Made by a program: the position numbers and the translations under genes. From an uncultured Solirubrobacterales bacterium (GTDB lineage Bacteria > Actinomycetota > Thermoleophilia > Solirubrobacterales > 70-9), in contig CAWBIJ010000003.1 of the NCBI GenBank assembly GCA_963788975.1, forward strand, positions 71,156 to 135,155: 64,000 bases of DNA, read 5' to 3'. This document shows positions 15,638 to 24,998 of this stretch, one piece after another. A model generated the notes under the pieces. It was not told where the DNA came from and did not search any database. It was given only the letters and a program-made list of their open reading frames with translations. Position 1 is the first letter of the stretch; the number at the start of each line of letters is the position of its first letter.

Positions 15638-17541
15638 GTCGAGGTACCCACCGTGGTCGGCTCCGGTTTGGCGACCTCTGCGCCTTCGCCGCCCATGATC
15701 GCGTGGCGGGCGCCGGGCACGCCGAACTCGTAGGGACCGCCAACCACGCGCGGGATCTCGTCGAAGTTGAAGATCGGCGGCGGCGAGGAGACCTGCCACT
15801 CGATCGTCTTCGCGCGCCAGGGGTTGGCCTCGGCCCGCGGGCCGTACTTCCAGCTGACGATCATGTTGTAGAGGAAGACGAGCTGCACGGCACCGAGCAG
15901 GAAGGCGCCGCAGCTGATCAGCAAGTTCCACTCGCCGAACTGCGTGGCGTAGTCGGCGACGCGTCGCGGCATCCCGTCCATGCCTACCCAGTGCATCGGG
16001 ATGAAGGTGAGCCAGGTGCCGATGACGGTGCCCCAGAAGTGGACTCGGCCGAGCCGCTCGTCGTACATCCGCCCGGTCATCTTCGGGAACCAGTGGTAGA
16101 CGCCCGCGAAGATCGTGAAGACCGAGCCGCCGAAGAGCACGAAGTGGATGTGAGCGACGATGAAGTAGGTGTCCGAGACGTGAATGTCGATCGGCACCAT
16201 GCCCAGCATCACGCCGCTGATCCCGCCGATCGTGAAGGTGACGATGAAGGCGAGCGCGAACAGCATCGCGGTCGAGTACGTATGGATCTTTCCGAAGTAG
16301 AGCGTGCCCAGCCAGGAGAAGATCTTGATCCCGGTCGGCACCGCGATCAGCAGCGTGGTGATCATCATCGGCACCCGCAGCCAGCTGAACATGCCGGCGA
16401 CGAACATGTGGTGCGCCCAGACCGAGTAGCTGAGGACGACGATCCCGATCAGCGCCAGAGCCATCAACCGGTAGCCGAAGATCGGCTTGCGGGCGTGGGT
16501 CGAGATGACCTCGCTGATGATCCCGAAGCCGGGCAGCATCATGATGTAGACGGCTGGGTGCGAGTAGAACCAGAAGATGTGCTGGTAGCTGACCACGTCG
16601 CCCCCGGCCGCAAACTCGAAGAAGTTGGTGTGAAGGACCCGATCGAAGAGCACCATGAACTGGGCGCCGGCGATGAACGGGGTTGCGGCGACGACCAGCA
16701 GCGAGGTCGAGAGATTGGCCCAAACCAGCAGCGGCATGCGCCAGAAGGTCATTCCGGGCGCACGCATGGTGATGATCGTGACCAAGAAGTTGAGCGCGGT
16801 CGCGATCGAGGAGGCGCCGGCGAACTGCACTCCTATGTTGAAGAACGATTGGCCGAGCGGTGCCCCCGTGGAGAGCGGCGCGTAGCCGGTCCAACCGGTG
16901 TCGAAAGCGCCCCCCGGAGCGAGGTAGCTACCGATGAAGAGCAGGCCGGCCAGCGGCAGCATCCAGAAGCTGAGCGCGTTGAGCCGCGGGAAGGCCATGT
17001 CCGGCGCGCCGATCATCAGCGGCAGGACGTAGTTGGCGAGCCCGGCGAAGACTGGGATCACGAAGACGAAGATCATCAGCACCGCGTGGGTTGAGAAGAG
17101 GCCGTTGTAGGTGCTCGGATCGACGATCTGCGAGCCCGGCTGGGCCAGCTCGGCGCGGATCAGCATCGCCAGCAGCCCACCGATAAAGAAGAAGAAAAAG
17201 GTGGTGACGACGTACTGGATGCCGATCACCTTGTGATCGGTGTTGAAGCGGAAGTAGTCGCGCCAGCTGGTCGCCCCGTGCTGAGAGTGGTCCTCGGGAG
17301 CGGTCGGCATCCCCGCCGCCCAGCGCAGCCAGTAGTCAAAGCAGCCGAAGCCGAGCAGGAAACCGAGCGGGCCAGTGACCAGCGGCACGACTACATGCGG
17401 GTAGCCCGTCTGCTCGGTCTGGAAGACGTCGAGCCCGGAGACCGCCCGCAGCATTACGACCAGGCCGAAGCCGAACGCGGCGCCCAGCACCATGCCGAGC
17501 GCGCCCCGAATCCACCCTGGCTGCTTGATCGCGGTCACCAT
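15634..17541 (-). CDS. ctaD: cytochrome c oxidase subunit I (canonical)
   Basis: All ligand motifs are present: STHAVLMIF, WFYSHPAVYIMMLPGFG, WAHHMFVAG, VAHIHFVLFGG. Confidence 0.95.
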   Translation of the reverse strand: MVTAIKQPGWIRGALGMVLGAAFGFGLVVMLRAVSGLDVFQTEQTGYPHVVVPLVTGPLGFLLGFGCFDYWLRWAAGMPTAPEDHSQHGATSWRDYFRFNTDHKVIGIQYVVTTFFFFFIGGLLAMLIRAELAQPGSQIVDPSTYNGLFSTHAVLMIFVFVIPVFAGLANYVLPLMIGAPDMAFPRLNALSFWMLPLAGLLFIGSYLAPGGAFDTGWTGYAPLSTGAPLGQSFFNIGVQFAGASSIATALNFLVTIITMRAPGMTFWRMPLLVWANLSTSLLVVAATPFIAGAQFMVLFDRVLHTNFFEFAAGGDVVSYQHIFWFYSHPAVYIMMLPGFGIISEVISTHARKPIFGYRLMALALIGIVVLSYSVWAHHMFVAGMFSWLRVPMMITTLLIAVPTGIKIFSWLGTLYFGKIHTYSTAMLFALAFIVTFTIGGISGVMLGMVPIDIHVSDTYFIVAHIHFVLFGGSVFTIFAGVYHWFPKMTGRMYDERLGRVHFWGTVIGTWLTFIPMHWVGMDGMPRRVADYATQFGEWNLLISCGAFLLGAVQLVFLYNMIVSWKYGPRAEANPWRAKTIEWQVSSPPPIFNFDEIPRVVGGPYEFGVPGARHAIMGGEGAEVAKPEPTTVGTST

Positions 17542-17573
17542 CTAGTCGGTCTCCTCATTATGCCCAGGCGGCA

Positions 17574-18365
17574 CTACGCTCCTCCGGCTCCGACGGGGAC
17601 GGGGTCGGCCTCGGTGTCCTGGACGACCGACTCTTTGAACGGAGCCGGCACTTTCTGGTCCAGTTCGCCGACCCATTTGCGGAACTCGGCCGCCGGCTCG
17701 GCCACCACGGTGGCGCGCATCGTGGTGTGGCCGAAGCCGCAGAGCTCGGTACAGATCAACTGATAGGTCCCCGGCTCGTCGGGCGTGACGATCGCCGTCG
17801 TCGTGATCCCAGGGACGGCGTCCTTCTTGATCCGCCACTCCTGCACCCAAAAGGAGTGGATCACGTCCTGGGCGTGCAGCTTGAACTGGACCTGGCGGTC
17901 GAGCGGCACGTGCAGCTCGCCCTCCGACCAGACTTCGTCCTTTCCTGGATAGCCGAAGCTCCAGGCGAACTGCTGCGCGAAGACCTGGACCGTGAGCGGG
18001 TTCTCGGCCGGCTCCTCGATGTCGTCCAGCACCGCCCAGCTGTAAGCGGCGCCGAAGAGGACGATGATCGTCGGGATCACGGTCCAGGCGATCTCAAGCC
18101 GCGTGTTGCCGTGGATCGGCTCGCCGTCGGACTCGTCGCCCGGCTTGGCTTTGAACTTCCACAGCGCGTAGAAGAGCATCACCATCACCAACGCGAAGAC
18201 GAAGGCCGAGAGGACGATCATCACGTCGAGCAGCGTGTCGATCTTCGGCGCGGCAGTGGAGGCGCCCTGGCCGTTCCAGTTGATCGGCAGCATCACTGCC
18301 GAGATCACCACGGTCAGCGCAATCGTGGCAGCGAGCATCTTCGCTATCGGGAGGCGTCCGATCAT
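17574..18365 (-). CDS. ctaC: cytochrome c oxidase subunit II (canonical, CuA)
   Basis: Two TM helices plus a cupredoxin domain with DVIHSFWV and the CuA loop CTELCGFGHTTM. Confidence 0.9.
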   Translation of the reverse strand: MIGRLPIAKMLAATIALTVVISAVMLPINWNGQGASTAAPKIDTLLDVMIVLSAFVFALVMVMLFYALWKFKAKPGDESDGEPIHGNTRLEIAWTVIPTIIVLFGAAYSWAVLDDIEEPAENPLTVQVFAQQFAWSFGYPGKDEVWSEGELHVPLDRQVQFKLHAQDVIHSFWVQEWRIKKDAVPGITTTAIVTPDEPGTYQLICTELCGFGHTTMRATVVAEPAAEFRKWVGELDQKVPAPFKESVVQDTEADPVPVGAGGA

Positions 18366-18377
18366 CGGCGGGGCATT

Positions 18378-19724
18378 CTATGCAAGCGGCAGACGGTCAA
18401 GCTCGCCTCGCGAGGCGGCGATCACGGCGCGCGCAACGCCCTCCCAGCTCCAGAGCCGCCGAGCCGTCTCCGCAAGCTGCCGGCTAGCTCCCTCTCGCTC
18501 CGCCTCGGGCAAGCGAAGCCACCCGTTCAGGCGCGCGGATATCGCTTCCACCGCCCCGATCTCAACCGGGAACGAGGTCAGCGAACCGACCTCGGATGGC
18601 AGCGCCGCCGCCAGTTGCCGCGAGACCTCGAGCATCCCCGAGTGCCCCGCGGAGACCGGCAGGACCCCGCAGGCCGCCGCCTCCGCGGCGACCATTCCGA
18701 ACGCCTCCGGAAACGTGCTCGGCATCACCAGGGCCTCGGCGCCTGGCAGCAGCTCTGCCACCTCGTCGTGCTCCAAGCGGCCGAGCCACTCGACCGAGCC
18801 CGCCATCCCGCGGGCGGCGTCGAGATAGCCATCTGGCAGATCCGCCAGAAAGGCCGAGAGGATCGGCAACGGCTCCCCTTCCCCGCCCTCGAGCCCTCGT
18901 CCCAGCCTGGCGACCTCACGGGCATCGTCGAGGTCGCCGCGATCCAGCGCACTCAGCAGCCGTCGCAAGCCGTCCTCGTACTCCCCAAACCCCGCAATCT
19001 GCAGTCGCGCGTCGGGGTGCCGCGCCCTGACCAGCGGCCACGCGGCCAGCAGTAGGTCGACTCCCTTCGACACGATCAGCTTCCCCACGAAGACGATCCG
19101 CGTGAGCCCGGTCGCCGATCCCGTCGCTGGACGGAACGCCTCCGGGTCAAGCCCCGGAGGCCCTAGTCGCGTCTTCTCTCTTAGGCCGGGGACATCCGGC
19201 AGCGCCGCCCAGAGTGACTCGGCCGTATGCCGAGAGCCGACGAGAACGCCGTTCGCGACATTCATGCCTCCTTCTGCGTACGGCAGGAACCGAGGGTGCG
19301 GCTTGACCGTGTACTCGAGGGCCGAGCCGTGGATCTTGGCCGCGAAGGGGCCGATACCGGCGCGGGCGAGGATCGCCGGGCCCATTACGAGGTGGTTGGC
19401 GAGCGCGGCGTCGATGGCCCCCGCTCGCTCGGCCACGTCGCGGACGGCGGCGACGTTGGCGTCGATGTAACGACCCAGCTCCTCCTCGGTCAGTTCCGGA
19501 AACGCCTTGACCTCAAACCCCTCATAAGGGTCCTTGACGTAGACCGGCAGCAGGCCGTGGATGTCGGGGTTGTGGATCTCGACACCCTCGATCTTCGTCT
19601 CGCGGTCCTGGCAGAGCAGATGGACCTCGTGGCCCAGCCGGGCGAGGGCGGCGGCGAGGTTGGCGTTGTAGATGTTGCTGCCGGTGCCGCGCAGCATGTA
19701 GCCGTGGAAGAGGAGGACGCGCAT
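18378..19724 (-). CDS. GT4-family glycosyltransferase
   Basis: MRVLLFHGYMLRGTGSNIYNANLAAALARLGHEVHLLCQD at the N-terminus. The C-terminal GT-B motif is STFPEAFGMVAAEAAACGVLPV (EX7E). Confidence 0.85.
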   Translation of the reverse strand: MRVLLFHGYMLRGTGSNIYNANLAAALARLGHEVHLLCQDRETKIEGVEIHNPDIHGLLPVYVKDPYEGFEVKAFPELTEEELGRYIDANVAAVRDVAERAGAIDAALANHLVMGPAILARAGIGPFAAKIHGSALEYTVKPHPRFLPYAEGGMNVANGVLVGSRHTAESLWAALPDVPGLREKTRLGPPGLDPEAFRPATGSATGLTRIVFVGKLIVSKGVDLLLAAWPLVRARHPDARLQIAGFGEYEDGLRRLLSALDRGDLDDAREVARLGRGLEGGEGEPLPILSAFLADLPDGYLDAARGMAGSVEWLGRLEHDEVAELLPGAEALVMPSTFPEAFGMVAAEAAACGVLPVSAGHSGMLEVSRQLAAALPSEVGSLTSFPVEIGAVEAISARLNGWLRLPEAEREGASRQLAETARRLWSWEGVARAVIAASRGELDRLPLA

Positions 19725-19756
19725 CGCTGCCGCGCAAGCTATTAGTCTTCGCCGTC

Positions 19757-20020
19757 GTGAACTCGAAGCAGCTCTACCGGATGCGCGCCAAGGCCTCAGG
19801 CCGCGAGGCGCTCGCCTACGCCGAGCCCGACGAGGTCTACCTCGATCGCGAGACCGGCGAGGAGATGGAGCCGGTGGCGATGGTTCTGCCGCTCGCCCCC
19901 TCCCCCTCCGCCCTGCCGCGCACCCCGGACAACCTGCGCGCCTGCCGCCGCTGCGACCAATTGATCGGCCTAGACGTCAGCGACTGCCCGTATTGCGGGC
20001 TACGCCAAGAACCGCTTTAG
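19757..20020 (+). CDS. small zinc-ribbon hypothetical protein
   Basis: 87-aa ORF with a GTG start. The C-terminal CRRCDQ...CPYCG forms a CxxC...CxxC pair. Confidence 0.45.
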   Translation: MNSKQLYRMRAKASGREALAYAEPDEVYLDRETGEEMEPVAMVLPLAPSPSALPRTPDNLRACRRCDQLIGLDVSDCPYCGLRQEPL

Positions 20021-20181
20021 GGATGTCCAGCGCGCCGCTCATGAGGCGGCGCGGGGCTGAAGACGACCACTACGCCGATCGCCCATAGGCACAGAGCGGC
20101 GACATCAGCCACCTCCGTTCCAACGCGCGTAAGCAGATTGACCAGCACGGCGATTGTCAGCAGCGCGAAGATCCGAGCCAT
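20017..20181 (-). CDS. possible 54-aa membrane peptide
   Basis: My own translation gives MARIFALLTIAVLVNLLTRVGTEVADVAALCLWAIGVVVVFSPAPPHERRAGHP. It is below the ORF-track cutoff, lies in an AT-richer patch, and has no recognisable family. Confidence 0.3.
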   Translation of the reverse strand: MARIFALLTIAVLVNLLTRVGTEVADVAALCLWAIGVVVVFSPAPPHERRAGHP

Positions 20182-20202
20182 ACCAGAGACGACAAGAACG
20201 TT

Positions 20203-20478
20203 TCATAGGGCTGATCCTATCTGAACCACCAGCGCGATCAGATAGATCGCGGTTCCGAGCAAGAGCCCAGCGACTCCTGCCCTGTTGATCGCTTGATCTC
20301 GCTCAACCTTTGACGCCCTTACCTTGACGACGCCAGCAACGATGGCGAAGGCGGCAGCCAAACTCACCGGAAGCTCCAATCCGATCGTGTCCGGCCATGG
20401 ATTCGCGACCCGCGGGACGAGCGAGTCGGCAAGCAGCTCAAGGGCCAGAGAGAGCATGCCCCGACGCTGACGGAGCAC
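20203..20478 (-). CDS. small membrane protein, unknown function
   Basis: 91-aa ORF with two or three hydrophobic segments and a locally lower GC content. Confidence 0.45.
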   Translation of the reverse strand: MLRQRRGMLSLALELLADSLVPRVANPWPDTIGLELPVSLAAAFAIVAGVVKVRASKVERDQAINRAGVAGLLLGTAIYLIALVVQIGSAL

Positions 20479-20557
20479 AGCGCACGCGTGGCGCTACGAA
20501 TGTGAATTTACGCCGACGTCTTCAGCTCTGAGCTTTCCGTGACGGAGCGGATGCACT

Positions 20558-20678
20558 GGATGAGGATCGGGTATCCCTCTTCACGTTTTGCGCGGGAGGA
20601 GGGGAGCGCCTCCATGGCGCCAGCCACTTCCTCTGCTTCGACGAGTTGCGAGTGAGGAGGGGTAACCGATCCTCATCC
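20558..20678. repeat. 22-bp imperfect inverted repeat pair around a 77-bp spacer
   Basis: GGATGAGGATCGGGTATCCCTC (20558-20579) pairs with GAGGGGTAACCGATCCTCATCC (20657-20678), 20/22 complementary. Confidence 0.6.
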
Positions 20679-20695
20679 TCTGCGCCCGACCGGCG

Positions 20696-21463
20696 TCAGG
20701 GTTGCTTGACCAGAGTCGCGGTGTAGAGCAACCGCGCGTTGGAGTAGTAGCAGCCGTAGGTCTTGGCCTTGCCGACGCCCTGCTGGGGGCGGCCTTCCTG
20801 GATGTCGGCCTTGGACGAGCACTGTTTCGGCAGGCGGCTGCCGCGCCAGGTGTCTTCGTCGGAGACGTTGAAGGCGAACATCGGCGCCCAGGTCGGGATC
20901 GTCAGGGCTACCACCTGGCCGCGCAGCACGGAGAGGGGATGCTCTAGGACGAAGATCGGGGTGCTACCGAAGTAGGGGTTGAGCAACTCCAGCGGACTCT
21001 GCCGGACCAGGGTGTATTTGGGCGGCTTGGAGTCCTCCACCGGTCGCAGGACGCCGATCCGCGCCTGCGAGGGCTGGCCGAGGAATTCGTTGAAGAAGCC
21101 GACCTCGTTGGTCGTCGTTTTGCCATCCACCCGCGAGGGCTTCGCCAGCGTGATCGACCAGGCGACGATCTTTCCGTCAAAGGGCGCCTCGTAGGGCCGA
21201 GCCTCTCCGCCGGCGATCGCCTGGAAACCGGTGACGTGGCCCTCGACCCGGCAGGGCAGGATCTCGACGTTGTTGACGACTTTGCCCGGGCAGGACGGCG
21301 GTGGGGTTTCGGCGGTCTGCCCAAGCACGATCACCCGTGGAGGAGCAGAGCCGGCCGCGCCCGGCCACGCCGCCACGACCAGTGCCGCCAGGGCGCAGGC
21401 CAGCGCCAGCGCGCACAGCGCGCGGGTCCTGTCTAGTCGGTTATCGGCTGCCGGAAGCGACAT
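20696..21463 (-). CDS. secreted hypothetical protein
   Basis: Internal ATG (21461-21463, preceded by AGGTGAG) of ORF 20696-21580. The signal peptide is MSLPAADNRLDRTRALCALALACALAALVVAAWPGAAG. I do not recognise a family. Confidence 0.6.
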   Translation of the reverse strand: MSLPAADNRLDRTRALCALALACALAALVVAAWPGAAGSAPPRVIVLGQTAETPPPSCPGKVVNNVEILPCRVEGHVTGFQAIAGGEARPYEAPFDGKIVAWSITLAKPSRVDGKTTTNEVGFFNEFLGQPSQARIGVLRPVEDSKPPKYTLVRQSPLELLNPYFGSTPIFVLEHPLSVLRGQVVALTIPTWAPMFAFNVSDEDTWRGSRLPKQCSSKADIQEGRPQQGVGKAKTYGCYYSNARLLYTATLVKQP

Positions 21464-21606
21464 CTCACCTGCAACCCGGCGGTTTTGCCAGGGTTGCGGC
21501 CTCGATTCTGCCGCCAGCGCGAAGCGAACGCGGTCTCCTGGCGCGTTCTGCACGATCGCAGCCACGCGGGCCAGTGACACCGTCTCTGTAGGGTTGCCAG
21601 CCGGAT

Positions 21607-21804
21607 ATGGAGGCCAGCGAGCGCGCAGAGGAGTTCATCCCGGCCGGGCTCGCCTCGCTCGGGATCGAGGCCGACGAGGTGGAGCTGGCGGTGATGAACG
21701 CCGCCCACGGAATGTTCTGGCCGGCGATCCTCGACCTGCTCTCGCTCGACACGAGCAAGGTCGAGCCGGAGCGCCAGCCCGACCTCTCCAAGGCGCCGCA
21801 GTGA
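21607..21804 (+). CDS. small protein translationally coupled to amidase (AtzG/GatC-like, DUF4089-like)
   Basis: 65-aa ORF whose stop overlaps the amidase GTG (GTGA at 21801-21804). The pattern ...LASLGIEADEVELAVMNAAHGMFWPAILDLLSLDTSKVEPERQPDL resembles small partners of amidase-signature enzymes. Confidence 0.5.
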   Translation: MEASERAEEFIPAGLASLGIEADEVELAVMNAAHGMFWPAILDLLSLDTSKVEPERQPDLSKAPQ

Positions 21805-23176
21805 GCGCGCTCGACCTCTCCCTCCGCGAGCAGGCGGCGGCGATTGCCCGCGGCGACACGGACCCGGCCGAGTTGCTCGACGCGACGCTGGCTCGGATCG
21901 AGCAGCGCAACCCGGCGGTCAACGCCGTGGTCGAGACCTTTCCCGAGCGCTCGCGCGAGATGCTCGCCGCTGCCCCAAAAGGGCCGTTGCACGGGGTACC
22001 GCTAGTGGTCAAGGACGAGTGGCCGCTGCCCTGGCGAGCGCAGCGCTTCGGCGCCGCCGAGCTGCTCGCCCCGACTGCGCCGGCCGAGTCGGGCCCCTAC
22101 CGCGCCCTGCGCGACGCCGGCGCGACGATCGTCGGCGTCGGCAACATGCACGAGCTCGGTGCCGGCAGCACCGGCAACGTCTCGGTCTACGGTCCCGCCC
22201 GCAATCCCTGGGACACCGGGCGCTGCCCCGGCGGTTCCTCGAGCGGGCCGGCGGCGGCGGTCGCCGCTCGTCTCGTCGCCGGCGCGGTTGGTGCCGATGG
22301 CCTCGGCTCGGTCCGCTTTCCCGCCGCCTATTGCGGCCTGACAGGCCTCAAGCCGACCTTCGGCCGCTCGGCGATGGCCGGGCATCACATGGCGGCGATC
22401 ACGTCGCTGATCGTCTCCGGGCCGCTCTGTGTCGACGCCGCCGACTGCCGGCTGCTCGGCTCGGTGCTGTTCGGCGAGAGCCTCGCCACCGGCGACGCCG
22501 CCAACTTGCGGATCGGCATCATCCGCGACCCCGTCTCCGAGGACGTCGACCCAGAGGTACGGAAGGGGTGTGAGGCCGCGATCGAGGGCCTACGCGCCGA
22601 GACGGGGGCGAGGTCCGCGAGGTCTCGCTGCCGGACCTGCCGATGGCGACGCTGGCGGCGATCCTCCTGATCAACGCCGAGAGCCTCAACGGCGCCACGC
22701 CGGAGCGGCTGAACCGCCTGCACCCGGAGATCAGCCCGATCGCCCGCGGCTTCATCAAGTACCGGGCGCTGCTCCCGGCGGCCGCGATCGTGCAGTCGGC
22801 GCGCATCCGAACGATGATGCGCCGCCGCCTCGCCGCCCTCTTCGCCGACGTCGACGTGCTCGCCTGGCCCACGGTGCCCGCCGTCGCCCCGCCGCTGGAG
22901 TCGCCGATAGTGGAGCTGCCCTCCGGCACCCACACCGCGGACCAGGCAAACGTGCGCGGTGCTGCGCTCGCCAACCTGACCGGAATTCCCTCGATCAGCG
23001 TTCCGGTCGGTCTCAGCTCGGAGCAGTTGCCGATCGGCCTGCAACTGGGCGCCGCCTGGGGCCGAGACGAGCTGCTGCTTGACGCGGCGGAGGCGCTGGA
23101 GCGCGCCAACGGCCGCCGCTGGGTGGAGGCGCTCTCGCCGCTGGCCCAGGCGGAGACAGAGACAGCGGGGGCCTGA
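21801..23176 (+). pseudogene. amidase-signature family amidase, interrupted by a 1-nt frameshift at a G5 run
   Basis: The N-terminal part (frame of ORF 21231-22670 from GTG 21801) carries VVKDEW and GGSSSGPAAAVAA. The C-terminal part continues in ORF 22643-23176. The frames join at GGGGG 22604-22608, and one extra G would give ...AETGGEVREVSLPDLPMATLAA. It could be a sequencing error. Confidence 0.65.
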
Positions 23177-23178
23177 CG

Positions 23179-24147
23179 GTGGCGGCGATCGTCGTCGAGG
23201 GGCTGGAGCGAACCTTCGATGACGTGCTCGCTGTGCAGGGCGTCGACCTCGTCGTCGACGCAGGCGAGATCTACGGCTTCCTCGGCCCCAACGGCGCCGG
23301 CAAAACGACGACGGTGCGGATGCTGACGACGCTGCTGCTGCCGACCGGCGGCCGGGCCAGCGTCGCCGGTCACGACGTGGAGCGCGAAGCGCGCCAGGTT
23401 CGCGCCTCCATCGGCGTCGCCCTGCAGGAGGCGGCGCTCGATCCGCTGATGACAGGCCGCGAGCTGATCCGCCTGCAGGCGACCCTGCAGGGACTTCCCA
23501 GCGCCGAGGGCAAGCGCCGGGCCGACGGCCTGCTCGATCGGGTGGGGCTGACCGACGCCGCCGACAGGCGGGTCGGCGGCTACTCGGGCGGCATGCAGCG
23601 CCGCCTCGATCTCGCCGCCGCGCTGGTCCACGAGCCGCGTGTCCTCTTCCTCGACGAGCCCACCACGGGCCTCGACCCGGTCAGCCGCAAAACGATCTGG
23701 GAGGAGGTGCGGGCGCTCAACGACGAGGGGACGACCGTCTTCCTCACCACCCAGTACCTCGAGGAGGCGGATCAGCTCGCCGACAACGTCGGCATCATCG
23801 ACAACGGCAGGATCGTCGCCGAGGGGACGCCGGAGTCGCTGAAGGCGGAGATGGGCAACCCCCATATCCAGCTGACGCTGGAGCAGGGCTCAATCGCCGA
23901 GGCGGAGGCGGCTTGTGCGAAGGTCGGCAAGCTGCTGCCGCCGATCGACGGCAAGACGATCCTGGTCGAGGTCGAGAACGGCGCCGCCGACATCCCGCGC
24001 GTGGTGCGCGCGCTGGACGACGCCGGCGTAGGCGTGGGGTCGCTGGAGCTGGTCCAACCCACCCTCGACGACGTCTTCGTCGCGAAAACCGGCTACCACC
24101 TGGCCCAGGAGGAGGAGAAGGCAGCCGAGGAGGCGATCGAGGCTTGA
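23179..24147 (+). CDS. ABC transporter ATP-binding protein (DrrA/ABC-2 type)
   Basis: Walker A GPNGAGKTT, signature YSGGMQRRL and Walker B LFLDEPTTGLD. GTG start. Confidence 0.9.
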   Translation: MAAIVVEGLERTFDDVLAVQGVDLVVDAGEIYGFLGPNGAGKTTTVRMLTTLLLPTGGRASVAGHDVEREARQVRASIGVALQEAALDPLMTGRELIRLQATLQGLPSAEGKRRADGLLDRVGLTDAADRRVGGYSGGMQRRLDLAAALVHEPRVLFLDEPTTGLDPVSRKTIWEEVRALNDEGTTVFLTTQYLEEADQLADNVGIIDNGRIVAEGTPESLKAEMGNPHIQLTLEQGSIAEAEAACAKVGKLLPPIDGKTILVEVENGAADIPRVVRALDDAGVGVGSLELVQPTLDDVFVAKTGYHLAQEEEKAAEEAIEA

Positions 24148-24197
24148 GTTCCCGACCACAAGGCCTTCACGCTCGCTCCCGGCGCGAAGAATCAGAT

Positions 24198-24998
24198 ATG
24201 CACGCTTGGTCGCTCGGTTCGGCAGCAGCGAACCTGCGGGTCGTGCAGGCGCTGGGGATGCGCTCGGTCCGGCAGACCTTCCGCCGCCCGCAGCTGATGG
24301 CGCCGATCGTCATCTTCCCCACCCTGCTGCTGGCGATCCAGACCGGCGGCGCCGGCGGCGCCGTCGACCTCCCCGGCTTCCCGCCGGTACAGAGCTTTCT
24401 CCAGTTCATGCTGGCCGGGGCGATGATGCAGTCGTTGATGCTGGCCGGCAACAGCGGCGGCATCGCGCTCGCGGTCGACATCGAGATGGGCTTCACCGAC
24501 CGCCTCTTCGCCGCGCCGATCTCCCGCTTCACGATCGTGCTCGGGCGGCTGGTCGGGACGGGGGCGCTGGGTCTGCTCTCCGCCCTCTGGTTCCTGGCGA
24601 TCGGACTGATCTTCGGCGCCGAGATACACAGCGGCGTCACCGGCGCCCTGATCGCGATCGCCCTGGTCACGGCGACGGCGATGGCGGTCGGCGGGATCGG
24701 CGCCGCGATCGCCCTGCGGACGGGCAATGCCAGCGTCGTCCAGGGCCTCTTCCCGCTGGTCCTCGTCCTGCTCTTCCTCTCCACCGCCTTCTTCCCCCAG
24801 GAACTGATGATCGAGCCGGCCCAAACGATCGCCGCCTACAACCCGTTGAGCTTCGTGGTCGAAGGGATCCGCGACCCGATCATTTCGGAGATCGACGCTT
24901 CCGAGCTGCTCAGCGCGGTGGCGGCGATCGCCGGCATCGTGGTCCTCGGGCTGGTGCTGAGCGCCCGCGCCCTACGCCACCGACTGACGACGGGCTGA
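24198..24998 (+). CDS. ABC-2 type transporter permease
   Basis: Internal ATG of ORF 23913-24998, giving a six-helix ABC-2 pattern. It follows the ATPase gene. Confidence 0.8.
   Translation: MHAWSLGSAAANLRVVQALGMRSVRQTFRRPQLMAPIVIFPTLLLAIQTGGAGGAVDLPGFPPVQSFLQFMLAGAMMQSLMLAGNSGGIALAVDIEMGFTDRLFAAPISRFTIVLGRLVGTGALGLLSALWFLAIGLIFGAEIHSGVTGALIAIALVTATAMAVGGIGAAIALRTGNASVVQGLFPLVLVLLFLSTAFFPQELMIEPAQTIAAYNPLSFVVEGIRDPIISEIDASELLSAVAAIAGIVVLGLVLSARALRHRLTTG

Noticed and set aside
14759-16894. 711-aa ORF on the minus strand.
   Set aside because: Only its last 292 codons (from ATG 15635-15637) look protein-like, as tandem USP/HUP-type domains. The upstream part is an Arg/Pro/Asp-rich off-frame reading of the clearly genuine ctaD gene.
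21231-21800. N-terminal 190 codons of ORF 21231-22670.
   Set aside because: It is antisense to the secreted-protein gene 20696-21463 and has a Ser/Arg/Ala-rich junk composition. The amidase homology begins at GTG 21801, which is coupled to the small upstream ORF.
24206-24997. First half of the 527-aa ORF 24206-25789.
   Set aside because: It is an Arg/Gly/Asp-rich alternative frame of the first ABC-2 permease gene. The real second permease begins at ATG 24998.
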